Source of the DNA: Octopus sinensis
Lineage: Eukaryota
Assembly (NCBI RefSeq): GCF_006345805.1
Contig: NC_042998.1
Span: forward strand, 60,016,001 to 60,080,000
DNA: 64,000 bases
Reading direction: 5' to 3'
The translations under genes were made by a program, and so were the position numbers. The notes under the pieces were generated by a model. The model was not told the DNA's origin. It did not search any database and was given only the letters and a program-made list of their open reading frames with translations. Of the stretch, positions 41,764-54,459 are shown piece by piece; position 1 is the stretch's first letter, and each line of letters begins with the position of its first letter.

Positions 41764-41969
41764 TTACACCTGTATTAGAACCCTGGTTGGGACGTTCCAG
41801 GGTTTCGTAGTGTGTAACCACCACTTACAAACTTTTGTTCCCACTTCTAACCAATCAGTATCTCCCAGATATGGTTTGTTTAGCATGATATGAAAGAAAC
41901 TTTACTGCATTGTGAATGTCTTCGGAAAGACAAAAAAAAAATACATAGGGAAGTAAATGTCAACAGCAT

Positions 41970-42395
41970 TTGATTTGAACGGCAGTTTTTCCTAGCGGTG
42001 TCATATGAAATTCTCATCCATAATTATGACCCTAGTATCGATCTATTGCATTTCTATCTGTTTTAGGGTTAGGGTTAGTTAGGGTTAGGGTTAGGGATAG
42101 GGGTAGGAAGAAGGGTATCTTTTTTTCTTCACAAATGTAAATAAACCCAATCTGTTTCTTAAACGTGGGACATATTCATACGGCACAGAATGTTTTTTAC
42201 CTCAATAGAGGTAATTGACTGGTTGAAATTGCAGAAATTGAAGAAAAAAAAACAACAAATATGTTACAAACTATAGAATTTTCTCAATAAAGCCAAGAGG
42301 AAAAGATGTTTTATAAACACATTCGATTGGTATACGAAGTTTAATACTTTTTAGTTACCTAGAAATTATGTTAAAAACTGCCGTTCAAACCGAAA
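41970..42395. mobile_element. Candidate MITE with an internal (TTAGGG)n-like tract
   Basis: 17-bp inverted repeat TTTGAACGGCAGTTTTT (~41976) and AAAAACTGCCGTTCAAA (~42374). TTAGGG units lie at 42063-42100. No TSD identified. Confidence 0.55.
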
Positions 42396-42739
42396 AGATC
42401 CCCCTCTTTGACATTCTTCTAGCAAGTTCGGGGCAGATGGTGTTCTTCAGTCCTCAAACACAATTTACCTGGGAGAAGGCCAGTCCAATGTAAAACCTAC
42501 AGCCTACTGGACACGTTAGCCGCCTCAGCCCTCTGAGCCACTGTGGTCGGACATCCAATTCTAAAATGAGGGACTAGATTGGGCAGACTAACACTCATTT
42601 TATAACTACTGAGTACGGGCAGGACGAGAAGCTCTGCAAGGATCGGTTTAGCTAGCCACTTGAGTGTGAGCCGCTCTTTTTCAGGATCTTTGGACACAAA
42701 AAACTGCCATCATAAAGATATATATATATATACGCCATT

Positions 42740-43440
42740 TGGTCTCAACTCTCCCCCCCTCCTCATCTAACCTCACCCCCTTCCTCACCTATCCTTTCTC
42801 CCCCCGACCCCTACTTCTTCAGTCCTTCATCCTTTCACCCCTACTCCCCTTCCCTTCTTCCCTCTTTCTCCCTCCCTCTTCCCCTTCCCTCTGCTCCCTC
42901 ACTCCCTCTCTCCCCCTTCTCTCTCCCCCTCTCCCTCTTTCCTCCTTCATCCCCCTCATCCCCTTCCTTCTCCCCCATCCTCTCCTCTCCCCCCTTCTCC
43001 TCCCCCTCTTCTTCCCCTCCCCTTCTCCCCCCCTCTTCTCCCCCTCCCCCTCTTCTCCTCACTACACCACATGACTTTACACATCACATCACATATGATG
43101 TGCCATACTAATACACACACCAACTAATACATACTAATACGTACTAATACATACTAGTACATGCTAATACTTACACCAACCCTATACATACACACGTCCA
43201 GACCCCGCATACGCACTTATACTCTCTCACACACACACACACACACCTATACATACCAATACGTACTAATACATACTAATACATACTAATACATACACCA
43301 ACCCCATACATACGCACGTCCAGACCAATCTTACGCACTAATACTCTCTCATACACACACACACACACACCCTTATACATACTAATACATACACCAACCC
43401 TATACATACACACATCCAGACCCCTCCCACGCACTTTTAG
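42740..43440. repeat. Polypyrimidine (CT/CCCT) tract followed by a ~115-bp minisatellite (3 units)
   Basis: C/T-only tract at ~42820-43060. ACCAACCC(T/C)ATACATAC(A/G)CAC(G/A)TCCAGACC recurs at ~43177, ~43297 and ~43395. Confidence 0.85.
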
Positions 43441-43559
43441 CTGGTCCCTCAACCCTTTTATCAACCCTATTATCTCCCCTTATTTCGCTCTCGCGTCTCA
43501 TGTTTGATCTTTGACCTCTGGCCGAAATCAGATCGCCATGTTGATTCGTTAGCTACTGC

Positions 43560-43742
43560 ACGCATTTTTTTTCTCTCCTTCTTTCTGTGTTTTTCTCTCT
43601 CTGTGTATCTTTCTGTTGAAGAGCGTAGGCTCGAAACGTTAAAGACTTGTTTTATTTACATTTCCTGAGCGCCATACTAATACAATTGTTCGTTGTTTTC
43701 CACCTGCCTTCGTCTTTTGTTTATTTTCATAAAGCTTCCCGT
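43560..43742 (+). mobile_element. Family H copy 2 with a variant hammerhead at 43608-43645
   Basis: TCTTT-CTGTTGA-A-GAGC(GTAG)GCTC-GAAAC-GTT-AAAGA, followed by (TA)n. Confidence 0.72.
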
Positions 43743-43794
<52 letters not shown>

Positions 43795-44659
43795 TACCCG
43801 AAGCTAATTCTCTGTTGCGTTGATATATTAAATTACCTGTGAAGCGAAATATTTTCCTACTAATGTACACTCAGCTGAAAATAACTTAATATAACGTTGA
43901 AAATAATTAAATCAGATGCAGAAAAGTATCAATTCCGATCCAGGTTTATTTGAATTTAGAACCTCGGGACATAAATACTGAAATAGAAATATCATTTTCC
44001 ATTTATATATTTTGTTGTCCATATGCGATTTTATTTCCCAATCCTCAAATATTGATTTTTGGTATAAGAGCATAGATGCAGTTCCTTACCGGATATGTAA
44101 CGGTGCGTCTTCTGTTCCCAATAGCGTATAATGGCTAATTAACTACAATAAAAAATCGTAACATACGGACTCACGGAGACGTTATCCTGTACAACAGGTT
44201 TCCTTATTAAAATTCTGTGTCTTTTCTTTATTAACTTTTATGTAATACATTTAGAATAAATTAAACCCAGTGTAAAGAACAATCATGCTTCGTAGTTATG
44301 GTAAAATGCCTCAAGCGCATTTATCAAACTTTAACATGGATTGTCTTATAATGATTGTCTAGTTGTTACTGTATTATGTACTGCATTGAAACCACAGCTT
44401 TTCAGGTATTTCGTTACAAATTGAGGTTATCAACTGGTATCATTTTCATTTTAAGTGAAATTAGCAATATACGCTATTGTATTTAAAATTACTTGAAATA
44501 AAATAAGAAAAAATAAGAAAATATATACAGAACCATTTATGTTGATATCTTTAATTGTTGCCATGTAACAATCGGGAAAGCAAATAAGGTGCCAGTTACA
44601 GTTAGAGGTTTTTTGTTCCAAATTTACTGCCAGTAGCAAAATTTCATAACACACTTCGC

Positions 44660-44675
44660 CTAGTAGTAGTAGTAT

Positions 44676-44710
<35 letters not shown>

Positions 44711-44722
44711 AAGGCAGTAGTA

Positions 44723-44777
<55 letters not shown>

Positions 44778-44810
44778 AAGCAGCAGCAGCAGAGATAGCA
44801 GTAGTAGTCA
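44660..44810. repeat. (TAG)n/(CAG)n microsatellite
   Basis: Directly visible. Confidence 0.95.
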
Positions 44811-45613
44811 AGCATAGATCAGCGAACGCCTACTGTACAGATGGCGGAAAATGACCTAGACCGTCGCAACTGTTTCCTTTTTCAGGTAGTAGTACATTTT
44901 TCAAGATGACAAAATTTGGTTTGAAGTGTATGGCTCCTACTTCTAGCCTTTTAAGCGGCTACACAGAGCCTTTTTTTTTTCCTATTTCCCGTACAGTACA
45001 TTGCATGTATGTGTTGGTACATTACTGTAAACCGTAGAAATACTTTTTGTTCTACGTGCGCTACGATGCAAAAATTTTCTTACAGAACAAGACATTGATG
45101 ATAACACTGATATAGCTTTTGTATTTAAGCAATAGTTTTGTATTTGTTTTGTAAGGTTCTTGATGTAAAATCCTGTGTTGCATCTGAAAATGTATTGTGG
45201 GTGGTGGGGTGGGGGCATACCACCAATGAAAGTACCCGATCTCTGAGACGAACAGTTATGAGGAGAAAGAGGTACTTGACAGAGACGTCGTCATTGATAA
45301 TGTCACTAACTGTAACGAATGTATTTTGACAGATAGATAATTAATAAATTCAACAACTGATTAATTGTCTATTTGACTGATATTTAGAAATAAGTAGAAC
45401 ATATTCAATGCGTGTACTTTCATTGGCAGAATTACCTCCAACAACACACCTGCACAGTAGATTTTGTCCTTTCTTATTCAATATGGATAAATTTAAAATG
45501 TTGTTTTATGAATGTTATGTGATATCATTTAATATTTACCTGTTAATTTTGACTACAGGCGAGTGAAATGTATCCATATCGAATTAACGGTTCTATATTT
45601 GTTTTTCTTTTAG

Positions 45614-45713
45614 GTTGGCCATTTGGAGCTATTCTGTGCAAAGCCACACCCTATTTGCAAGGGGTCTCAGTATGTGCATCAGTCAATACATTAGCAGCCA
45701 TCGCCATTGACAG
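45614..45713 (+). CDS. Internal exon of a class A (rhodopsin-like) neuropeptide GPCR, RFamide/SIFamide/NPFF-receptor-like (ECL1-TM3-DR)
   Basis: Polypyrimidine-AG acceptor (GTTTTTCTTTTAG, AG at 45612-45613) and GTAATA donor at 45714. The frame is open: (x)WPFGAILCKATPYLQGVSVCASVNTLAAIAID(R). It contains the WxFG motif, the conserved TM3 Cys and a phase-2 intron in the DRY arginine. The family assignment is from recall, not a search. Confidence 0.9.
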
Positions 45714-45884
45714 GTAATAAACTTATTTTTAAATCTTTGTAAATATTAAAGAAATAATATTTCTTTAAAATGTTTATTTCTCCATAAACAAATCGTGGTT
45801 ATATTTGGAGTAAAGGATTACGTTGAATGGCTGTATTCATATCCAACTCTTTTTATTTTTCATACCAATGGTGACGTGTTTGGC

Positions 45885-46320
45885 AGATTCGTTAGCACAC
45901 CGGATAAAATGCTGAAAGGCATTTCGTCCGTCTTTACGGTCTGATTTCCAATTCCGACAGAAGGTGACTTTGCTTTTCAGCCCCTCGGACACTGGGGTCG
46001 ATGTAATCGACTAGCCCCTCCCCACAAAATTTCAGGCCTTGTGCCTATAGCTCAAAGAAGTATTTTCCATGCGTAATACAGATGGATGACAAATATGTTA
46101 GATCGTCGAATAAATGCTTTTCGGTATTCTGATTCTTTACATTCTGAGTTCGAATCCTACCGAAGTCAATTTTAACTGTTATTTATTTTATCGACTGCTA
46201 AAGGATGAAAGGCAAAGTCGATCTCAGCGGTATTTGAACTGAAAACGTAAAAAAGCAGAGATATAACGCTAAGTATTTCATCCTCCGTGCTAGCCGCATT
46301 GCCAGCCCGCCGCCTCCAAA
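45885..46320. mobile_element. Degenerate SINE family A copies
   Basis: Head and body on + at ~45885-46050; mixed-orientation fragments at ~46130-46320. Confidence 0.7.
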
Positions 46321-46334
46321 TTAAGCTAAAATAA

Positions 46335-47262
46335 TAGAAACGCATTGTTAAAAGGAAATTTTACTATTTAATAGTCCATCTTTGGCATCAATCAGTTTTA
46401 ATACGCCGAGCAACTGACTTGTGCATGTTCTGGGGATTGAACCTTTCTCAAATAAAGCCTGCATTAGCTCTTTCAGCGATGATGGAGAGGGAAAGCAGCT
46501 CCCCAATGCTGTTCCAAAACACCGTAAAATATTCAATTAGGTTGATATACAGTGATTGTGAAAGCAACCCTAGTGGTCTGCCTCACTTTTGTACAATTCC
46601 AGTTTGGAATATCATTAGCTCTCTGAATCGGCACATTTGGGTTCTGAAGAAACAATATTTGAACCATAAGATGAATATGATCAGCCGAAATACTCACATT
46701 GCCCTGTAGAAATACTCACATTACCATGTAGAACAACTAAGGAGCCAAAATCACGCCTGTCGACAATCTCCATGCTTCGCGGAAAGGGCCAAACACTAAA
46801 GATCGCAGGGTTTGAGGTCTACCATTAAACATAAACTCCTCCTGAAGTTAAGAGGGTGAACGAGGACTCATCAGAGAATGTGAAATTGTTTCTTAGAGCC
46901 ATTGATCACTTCTCAGAGTTAAAACCGCATTTTGTTCTTGCTATCAATATTGACGGGGAACAAGAAAGTTTTAACAGATGCCGCTCTCCCATGGTAGCCA
47001 GCTATATGGAGCTCAAGACGAACAGTTTTCAAACACAATACGGTTCTCTATACTGCAGAACTTATCTATAAGCTTTACCTTCCATCCAGAAGCATGCCAG
47101 TCGGGACTGATTTTATCTTGGTTTTCGAACGCGAAAATAATTTTTAGATGCAGCAGCTCTGAGACATAAAACAATTCAGTTTTAGTGAATGAAGCTCGAA
47201 TCATCCACACTTAAACAATTTGTCCTCTTTGGAAGTCAGATAGGTCACTCTTTTTAACGTAA
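46335..47262 (-). mobile_element. Degenerate Tc1 transposase
   Basis: Minus-strand pieces are KSDLSDFQRGQIV, RASFTKTELF, ELHIAGYHGRAA and PSPSSLKELMQALF...AKDG. They occur in the collinear order of a Tc1 transposase. Confidence 0.8.
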
Positions 47263-49436
47263 TTAGATATAAAAATTTGCGAAAAAAAAAAAAGAGAAAA
47301 GCGGCGGCCTAAATCATGAGCAACAAGGGATACATAATGTATATTAACACTTACATGCAGACTAAAACAATTTTCAATGTGGCATATTGCCAACAGAAAA
47401 AGTAGCACAACGAAAAGTGCCGTTTCCATTAATGTTTATATAAATACAGTGTGTGTGTGTGTGTGTGTCTGTGTGTACCTAAAAATACATACATATGCAT
47501 GTAAATGTAAAGTAAGACTCAGTCATTCGACGTGTAATTCATAAATTAATCAACAAAAACTATTATAAATACTTCAACATTCTGACTTATTCTTGTGTAG
47601 ATTTGGGACGCTAATTCCAAACACACTGGCAGCTGTTTCTGTATTAAAAAATACCATTACTTTTTGCTTTATCAACACTAGTTTGGGAAAAGCAGAACAT
47701 CATTCTACATGAGCTCTGAGATTATTGTTTTTGTCTTAGAAATGGAATCTTTATGACTTCAGAACCTAGCAACGTCTTCACCGTATCAACTCGAATTTTG
47801 TAACTATCCACTAATCGTATACCAAAACAACAATATTAATGTTACTAATAGATTATTTGCTATAAACATAAAACGATGCTACATTTGGTACATAAGCGCC
47901 TTCTTTTATAAAATTTTCTATGGCGAGAGGAGTCCCACGAAATATTCCAACGTAATGTATTTGTATATGTGTATTTCACCTTTTGAAATATTTCATTTCC
48001 TTTGTTTTACACTCTGGTTAAATTTTACACCTTGCTTTTCGCTTTAATCGCTAGAAAGCAACCTAAGCAACTATGGACCACAAGGGACCTTAATTTTCGC
48101 GTTACAGCCTACCTTGTAATATTCTCTGCTAATTCAGAGCATATATGAAATGAAAATCATTCTTAAGCTTTTTTTTTAATGGGAGCTGTAAAATCCTCTA
48201 CCTAAGTTTTTTCCGTGCTAAGACCAGTGAATTTTCTGCGTAAGGAACCACGGCAAATATATACTTGTTCAATGCCTTTAGTCTAAGATTTGATGCGAAA
48301 TAAACCAATTTTAATAGCATCGTTAACATTTCATGTATAATGTCAGATAATTCATAAATTAGAAGTGTGATGCTATTTTTGCAATCAGCAGCCTAAATAT
48401 ACAACACGAATTAATTTAATTTCTATTGCACTAAACTGTAATGTGCAATGGGGGTCCTTAAGTCCCTAATATCACCACACAAACAGTATTTCCAAGATAG
48501 AGCTGACTGAAGAAATTTAGAATCAGTACCCCAAACAAAATCTAGAATAGGTTTAACTTCTACGGCACTAAAATATGTACGGTTCCCTGACATTTTAATT
48601 AACCACTTTTGAACAGTGATTATTAATAACAGAAGTGTATTGGAAATCAATATCTAAAACATGGTAGTAAGAAATATCTTATGCATGGGTTCAGCGATCT
48701 TAAATATATCCCAGATATAAGCCAACAAAATTTTGTTTCCAAGAGTAATTATATAATTATTAAAGGTTATTTAACATATATTAGCAGACGTTAGTTACAT
48801 TTCATTTCAATGAATATAAAACAAATTACAAACTCACTTGTAACTCATTAAAGAAGCCATGACTAAGATATATTAAACTGTAGTTATATTACGTTTTAGC
48901 AAGAATTAGTGAGAATAAGATAACATTATATGCAAACCCAAATCGTAACTGGTTCAATTAGAGTTTCACTTCATTTCCGGCAAAACGTTGTTTTCTCATT
49001 CCATTAAGACCGTAATACTTTGGTGCTTAATTGAAACAGTTTTATACCTCAGATAGTAATACAATACAAACATAGCTTTTGAAACGTGCTAAGAATTTTG
49101 AAAACAATTTTTGTAAATTTAGCAGCAATTTTAACTGTAAAAAGTTAGAAAGTCATTTTTTCTCTCCCTTATAAATATGGAAGATGATATAATTAAAATT
49201 CGTGTAAAAATAAAACATATGTTTCATGTTTCATAGTGTTGTATTTGTGGAAAATTATTTTGAGAACTTTATTCACTATGTCTACTTAACTTAGGGGAGA
49301 CCGAATATTTTAAGGTCAATTACAATTCACAACTTGCTTATCGTATAGATTTGTCAGGAGCTTCTCTTAGACATGAAAACTACTAGCTTGGTAGTCAAAG
49401 ACCATCAAACGACAAGAAGTAAGAGAAAGTTGAATC

Positions 49437-49612
49437 CAAAGTTGCTGGTGTGTTTACGTCCCCGTCACTTAGCGGTTTGGCAAAAGAGACCGATAGAATA
49501 AGTACTGGGCTTACAAAGAATAAGTCCCGGGGTCGATTTGCTCGACTAAGGGGGGTTCTCCAGCATGGCCGCAGTCAAATGACTAAAACAAGTAAAAGAG
49601 TAAAAGAGTAGA
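49437..49612 (+). mobile_element. SINE family B 3' half
   Basis: GCTGGTGTGTTTACGTCCCCG...AAGTAAAAGAGTAAAAGAG. Confidence 0.85.
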
Positions 49613-49877
49613 GAGAGAGAGTATTTTTCGTCACGGACGAGTAAATTTAGGAAAATGGGCCTTGCAAGCCTACCAAATAAATGGAAAAGCATTGTAGAAG
49701 ATGAAGGAGCGTATATTTTATATTAAAAAATAACTTTATGTTCATTTTGAAAAAATTCGCATTATCTCTGGAATGACACGCAAAGACACACACATACACA
49801 CATACGTTTTTTATACAGTTCTACATTTAAGAGATGAGGAATTATGTACATTATTTACATAATTTACATTTGACGGA

Positions 49878-49986
49878 TAGTAGCTCGCGCTCTTAACCAC
49901 TACGCCATGTGCCCAGGGCATATGGCATAGTGGTTAAAAGCACGGGCTACCAACCACAAGATTCCGGTTTCGATTCCAGGCAGTTA

Positions 49987-50053
<67 letters not shown>
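49878..50053. mobile_element. Head-to-head duplicated tRNA-like SINE head followed by (AAT)n
   Basis: TAGCTCGCGCTCTTAACCACTACGCCATGTGCC is the reverse complement of GGCATATGGCATAGTGGTTAAAAGCACGGGCTA. A B-box-like GGTTTCGATTCC follows. (AAT)n spans 49991-50053. Confidence 0.75.
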
Positions 50054-50054
<1 letters not shown>

Positions 50055-50897
50055 GGGGACGGAATAAGGCATTCAGTGATGAAGGAAAGGATCAGGAGAG
50101 AATGTTATCGCAGAGTAAGAGCAATACTCAAGACAGCTGAATGCGAGAAACAGGATCGAAGCGATCAATGCTTTAGCCATACCAGTCGTGACTTACAGTT
50201 TCAATATCGTTAACTGGTCAATTACTGAAATATGTAATCTTGACAGAAAAATACGAAAACTGTTGACAATGCATAGAATGCACCACCCTAAGGCAGATAC
50301 AGAACGACTTTATCTGCCAAGAAAAGAGGGAGGCCGTGGCCTTTTACAACTGGCAATAACAATGAAGATTGCTACAATTGGCCTAGCTTAAAACTTGTCT
50401 CAAAACATGAAAACAAGAAAGCATCATACTCAGTAACAAAACAGGCAAAGGAATATCTAAGTGAATTCCAAATAAAAACTGGTGGGAACACAAACCACCT
50501 CCAGTGCTTGAAAACGACCACATCTCACCCCTCTGGAACTTCACCATTCAAACTACAGAAAGATAGATGCAACTAGGCCGGACATCATATTGAAAGACTT
50601 CAGACAAAGAATATGCCTCCTCATTGATATGACTGTCCCAATCGATATAAACTTATCTGTCAAGACCTGCCAAAATCTGAGCAAATATAAAGATCTTGAA
50701 ATAGAAATCAGCAAAATGTGGAACCTGAAGACTAAAACAATACCTGTTGTCATAGGTGCCCTGGGAATGATAGCAAAAGGGGCTGATTGCTACCTAACTC
50801 AGATACCAGGAAACCCCAAAATGGCAGAAATTCAAAAGATAGTGCTCATAGGAACTGCTCATATCCTACGCAAAATACTTTCTATGTAATCTCAAGG
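50055..50897 (+). mobile_element. R4/Dong-like RLE LINE 3' fragment (internally deleted) abutting (AAT)n
   Basis: NARNRIEAINALAIPVVTYSF...LDRKIRK...HPKADTERLYLPRKEGGRGL, then RPDIILKD...LIDMTVP...KYKDLEIE...PVVIGALG (PD-D-K restriction-like endonuclease). Confidence 0.85.
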
Positions 50898-51211
50898 AAA
50901 ATGTAGGATTACATACACTACACCACCCGTCTCAGTGCTTCCTGTTCTCCCTATTTTATCTTCCCGAGACCGATTCGCAATTATCGGACGTTCTTTTCAG
51001 AGGTGAAACATACCTGAACCCTCAGCAATTGTCACTCTACTAAGCTCAACGGAAACTCACAATGGCGTAACCCTTATCCATCTTGGAAGGTGCTAATGCT
51101 CCATAAACAGACAACTTTGACTGCATCCAGAAAAAGGGCAACATGAATTATATAAACTCACTCACAACAAACTGTATTCTTTGGCTCACGAGTTAACTAT
51201 CTTTCCTCACA

Positions 51212-51263
<52 letters not shown>

Positions 51264-51569
51264 ATAAGCTGGATAGTCTCACGCTATCTCGCCTCAGACA
51301 CTCTTGACACACTCACTTTTCTCCCTTGTTATAGACAGCAAACCCAGACCCCGTATCAATGCTCAATCCCACTTCTTTCTTACTAGAACGTCGACAGTAG
51401 ACAATTCCTCCCTTTTCATATATGTCCTTTAAGTGCCGTCGTGAAAAATATTTCAAGAGACACATTAATAACAACAAACTCATCAGTCTAAGAAGGTCAG
51501 CGAAGTCCTTATACATTGTCTCTTCTTCGAGAGCCAGCAAGTAGCAAAATATCAAAAGCCCAGGAATGG

Positions 51570-52090
51570 GTATAATGAAGAAACTCACTTTGCAACCCCA
51601 TGTCGTTTGGGATTCAGTCCCACTGTGCCGCAACATTGACAAATGTCTTCTGCTATAACCCTGGGCCGACCAATGCCTTATAAGTCAATTTGGAAGCCTG
51701 TCTTATGTACGTAAATATGCAAGTATGATTGTCTTTGTATTCGAATTTGTCCCCATACTGCTTGACAGATGGCGCTGGTTTGTTTATATCCCCGTGACGA
51801 AATGTTTCGACGGAAAAGCCTTATAGAATAAGCACCAACGTTAAAAATTAAGTATTAGGATCGATTTTCAATATATTACTACATTCAAAGGCGATGGGGT
51901 GGCAAAATCGTTACGCGAAATGCTTAGCGGCGTTTCGGCCGCCTTCACGTTCTGAGTTCAAATTCCGCTGAGGTATACTTTGTCTCTCATTCTATCGGGG
52001 TCGATAAAATAAGTACCAGTAGAGTACTGAGGCCGATGTAATCGACGTGCCCCACTCCACCGATATTGCTGGCCTTGTGCTAAAATGTGA
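51570..52090 (+). mobile_element. Degenerate SINE family B followed by a SINE family A copy
   Basis: GATTCAGTCCCACTG...GGCCGACCAATGCCTT (family B). GTTCTGAGTTCAAATTCCGCTGAGG...GGGGTCGATAAAATAAGTACCAG (family A, ~51895-52090). Confidence 0.7.
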
Positions 52091-53167
52091 AATCTATATA
52101 TTACTACGTATTCATTACAAAGTATCTGACGTATTTTGATGTATTCATTACAAAGTATTTGATATCAAAGATTTCCTCTGCCGTGCGAGAGTCAAAACAA
52201 TGATAACTAGTATCAGTAGGCTTAAACCATCATATTCTTAACACCATCTCCTGGCCTTTGTTTGATTGTGCTGCCATTATTTGGGTCAGCTTGTAGTTTG
52301 TAGGTAACTTGATCCTTTCCTACAATCAATAGGAAAGAATCAAGTTGTTTTTACAAGGAGTATCAATGGCTCTGTCATTTCGCAGCCGACTTGGCGATAG
52401 AAAAATCTAAGTGTTTTTCAATTACAATGCTGTCCATCTCTTTATATGCTATAAAGTGTGCTGCTAATAGCAAGTTCAACAGTTACGTGATTACACTCCT
52501 TTTTAAATTGTCAAAGCTGTCTACCTCATTTAACAGACAAATAGATATTCTATAGTTGTCTTAATACTGATTGTACACGCTGCTCTATTAATTAAGAAAC
52601 GTTACTTGTTATTGACTTACTTAGCCGTTCCGACATTCAATTTCCTAATTTTTTTTTTAATCCATTTGCTGAATGTTTTCAATTTCTCCCTTTTTTTCCT
52701 TAAAACCAGTTCGTTTCAATTAAATCTTTCTACACGTTATTTTTTTTTTTTTTGGCAATGTTTACATTCCTTGGTTAATTAATTCTATCTACGCACATAT
52801 TTACTCATAAAACTGACAAACATTCAACCATGCTCACGTGCGTATATTCCTGCAAAACACGCATATATCGACAATCGCATTCAAAGGTATATGTATGCGA
52901 GTGCGTGTAAAAATATATGCGCGTGCACGTGTATGTGCGTATGTATATGTGGGCGATTATACGGATATGTGCGTTTCAGTATTTGTACTTCTGTTTACAT
53001 CGGTCAAAAGTTCGGTGCGGTTCATGGTGTTCTGCTTTATGACACGTAACGTGATGCTAGACAAACAGGAAACTATATATATATATATATAGATATATAT
53101 ATATATATATATAAACAGAAACTATATATATATGTGTGTGTGTGTGTGTATGTGTGTGTGTGTGTGT

Positions 53168-53505
53168 GAAGGTGCATGGATCAGTGGTTAGAACGTTGAG
53201 CTTACAATCGTGAGGTTGTAAGCTCGAATCTCGGACCGGGCTGCGTGTTGTGTTCTTGAGCAAGATACTTTATTTCACGTTGCTCCAGTCCTCTCAGCTG
53301 TAGAAATGAGTTGCGACGTCACAGGTGCCAAGCTGAATCAGCCTTTCCCTTTCCCTTGGATAACACTAGTGGCGTGGAGAGGGGAAGCCGGAATGCATGG
53401 ACGACTGCTGGTCTTCCATAAAAAAACCTTGCCCTGACTTGTACTTGGGAGAGTAACTTTCTAGGTGAAATCCCATGGTGTGTGCCGTGACCCAAGGGGT
53501 CTCAG
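53168..53505 (+). mobile_element. tRNA-derived SINE sharing the family C head and central box, with a different tail
   Basis: CAGTGGTTAG...GCTCGAATCTC, then TTGTGTTCTTGAGCAAGATACTTTATTTCACGTTGCTCCAGTC. Confidence 0.8.
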
Positions 53506-53519
53506 AATATATATATATA

Positions 53520-53715
53520 GTAAATAAAAAAAGAAGATGAGCAAGCACAAAAAAACAACAACGCGAGGACGTGGTACATGTAAAGTATTAGTAGACGCTC
53601 AGGTAAGGAAAAAAAGATGGTTTAAAGATTCGAGCAACGCTATTCTTCAGAAACAAAGGGAAGTCCAGTAGAATGGAAGACGGAAGAAGAAAATCGCCAA
53701 TGATTCACAAGGCCG
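53520..53715 (-). mobile_element. Family H copy 3 with a hammerhead remnant at 53620-53654
   Basis: The minus strand reads GTTT-CTGAAGA-A-TAGC(GTT)GCTC-GAAT-C-TTT-AAAC, followed by CCTGAGCGTCTACTAATAC. Confidence 0.65.
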
Positions 53716-53718
53716 AGG

Positions 53719-54385
53719 GTGTCTTGGCATCACTCAGCAAGACTTTTGTTAGCCATCTATTTAAAGCTGTATACAGCTATGGTACGACAACACTTGGAAT
53801 TCGCATCATCAGTTTGGAACCCCTATCCTGCTCAGAACATTGACCTCCTGGAATCTGTTCAGAGACGCGCAACCAAACGCATACCCTCCATCAGACACCT
53901 ACCATACTCTGAGCGCCTTGTTTCCCTGGGCATGGATTCACTGAAGCTCCGGCGTCTGGCGATGGACTTGGTAAACACCCACAAAGTTATCAACCACCTC
54001 ACCAACAACAACACTGAACACCTTTTTGATCTACATGTGTCCAACACACGTGGACATGCCTACAAAGTCAGAAAACAGCACAGCTCCCATGACTTTCGGA
54101 GACATTTTTTCACGCTCAGAGTTGCTGAAGCATGGAACAACCTGCCTGCGTCAGTTGTTGACTGCCATGACACTGCATCCTTTAAGGCCCTCATGCTTTC
54201 CGAAATCCGCCGAAACTACACCTGATTGTCCCTTTCCATACTCATACACATATGTGTATGTCATGACTCATGCACTGTTCTTTTCCTGACGCTTGTACAT
54301 TACCCTATGTTCTATACATACACTTTAGATGAGTTGTAGTGCACCTGAACACTGTACACAATGTTTTTTTTATTATTATATTATT
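53719..54385 (+). mobile_element. CR1-like LINE 3' end
   Basis: LYTAMVRQHLEFASSVWNP...LESVQRRATK...YSERL..LGMDSLKLRRL..DL...TRGHAYKV...RRHFFTLRVAEAWNNLP, ending in a (TTA)-type tail. Confidence 0.9.
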
Positions 54386-54459
54386 ATATGTGGTTACATT
54401 TTGAAATGACCGGAAGGGAATAGGTGAAAAAAAGACAGGAGAGTGTAAGAGAAGGAGCT

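Noticed and set aside
42063-42100. TTAGGG repeats as a real telomere or fusion site
   Set aside because: Only about five imperfect units, embedded between inverted repeats of a likely transposon.
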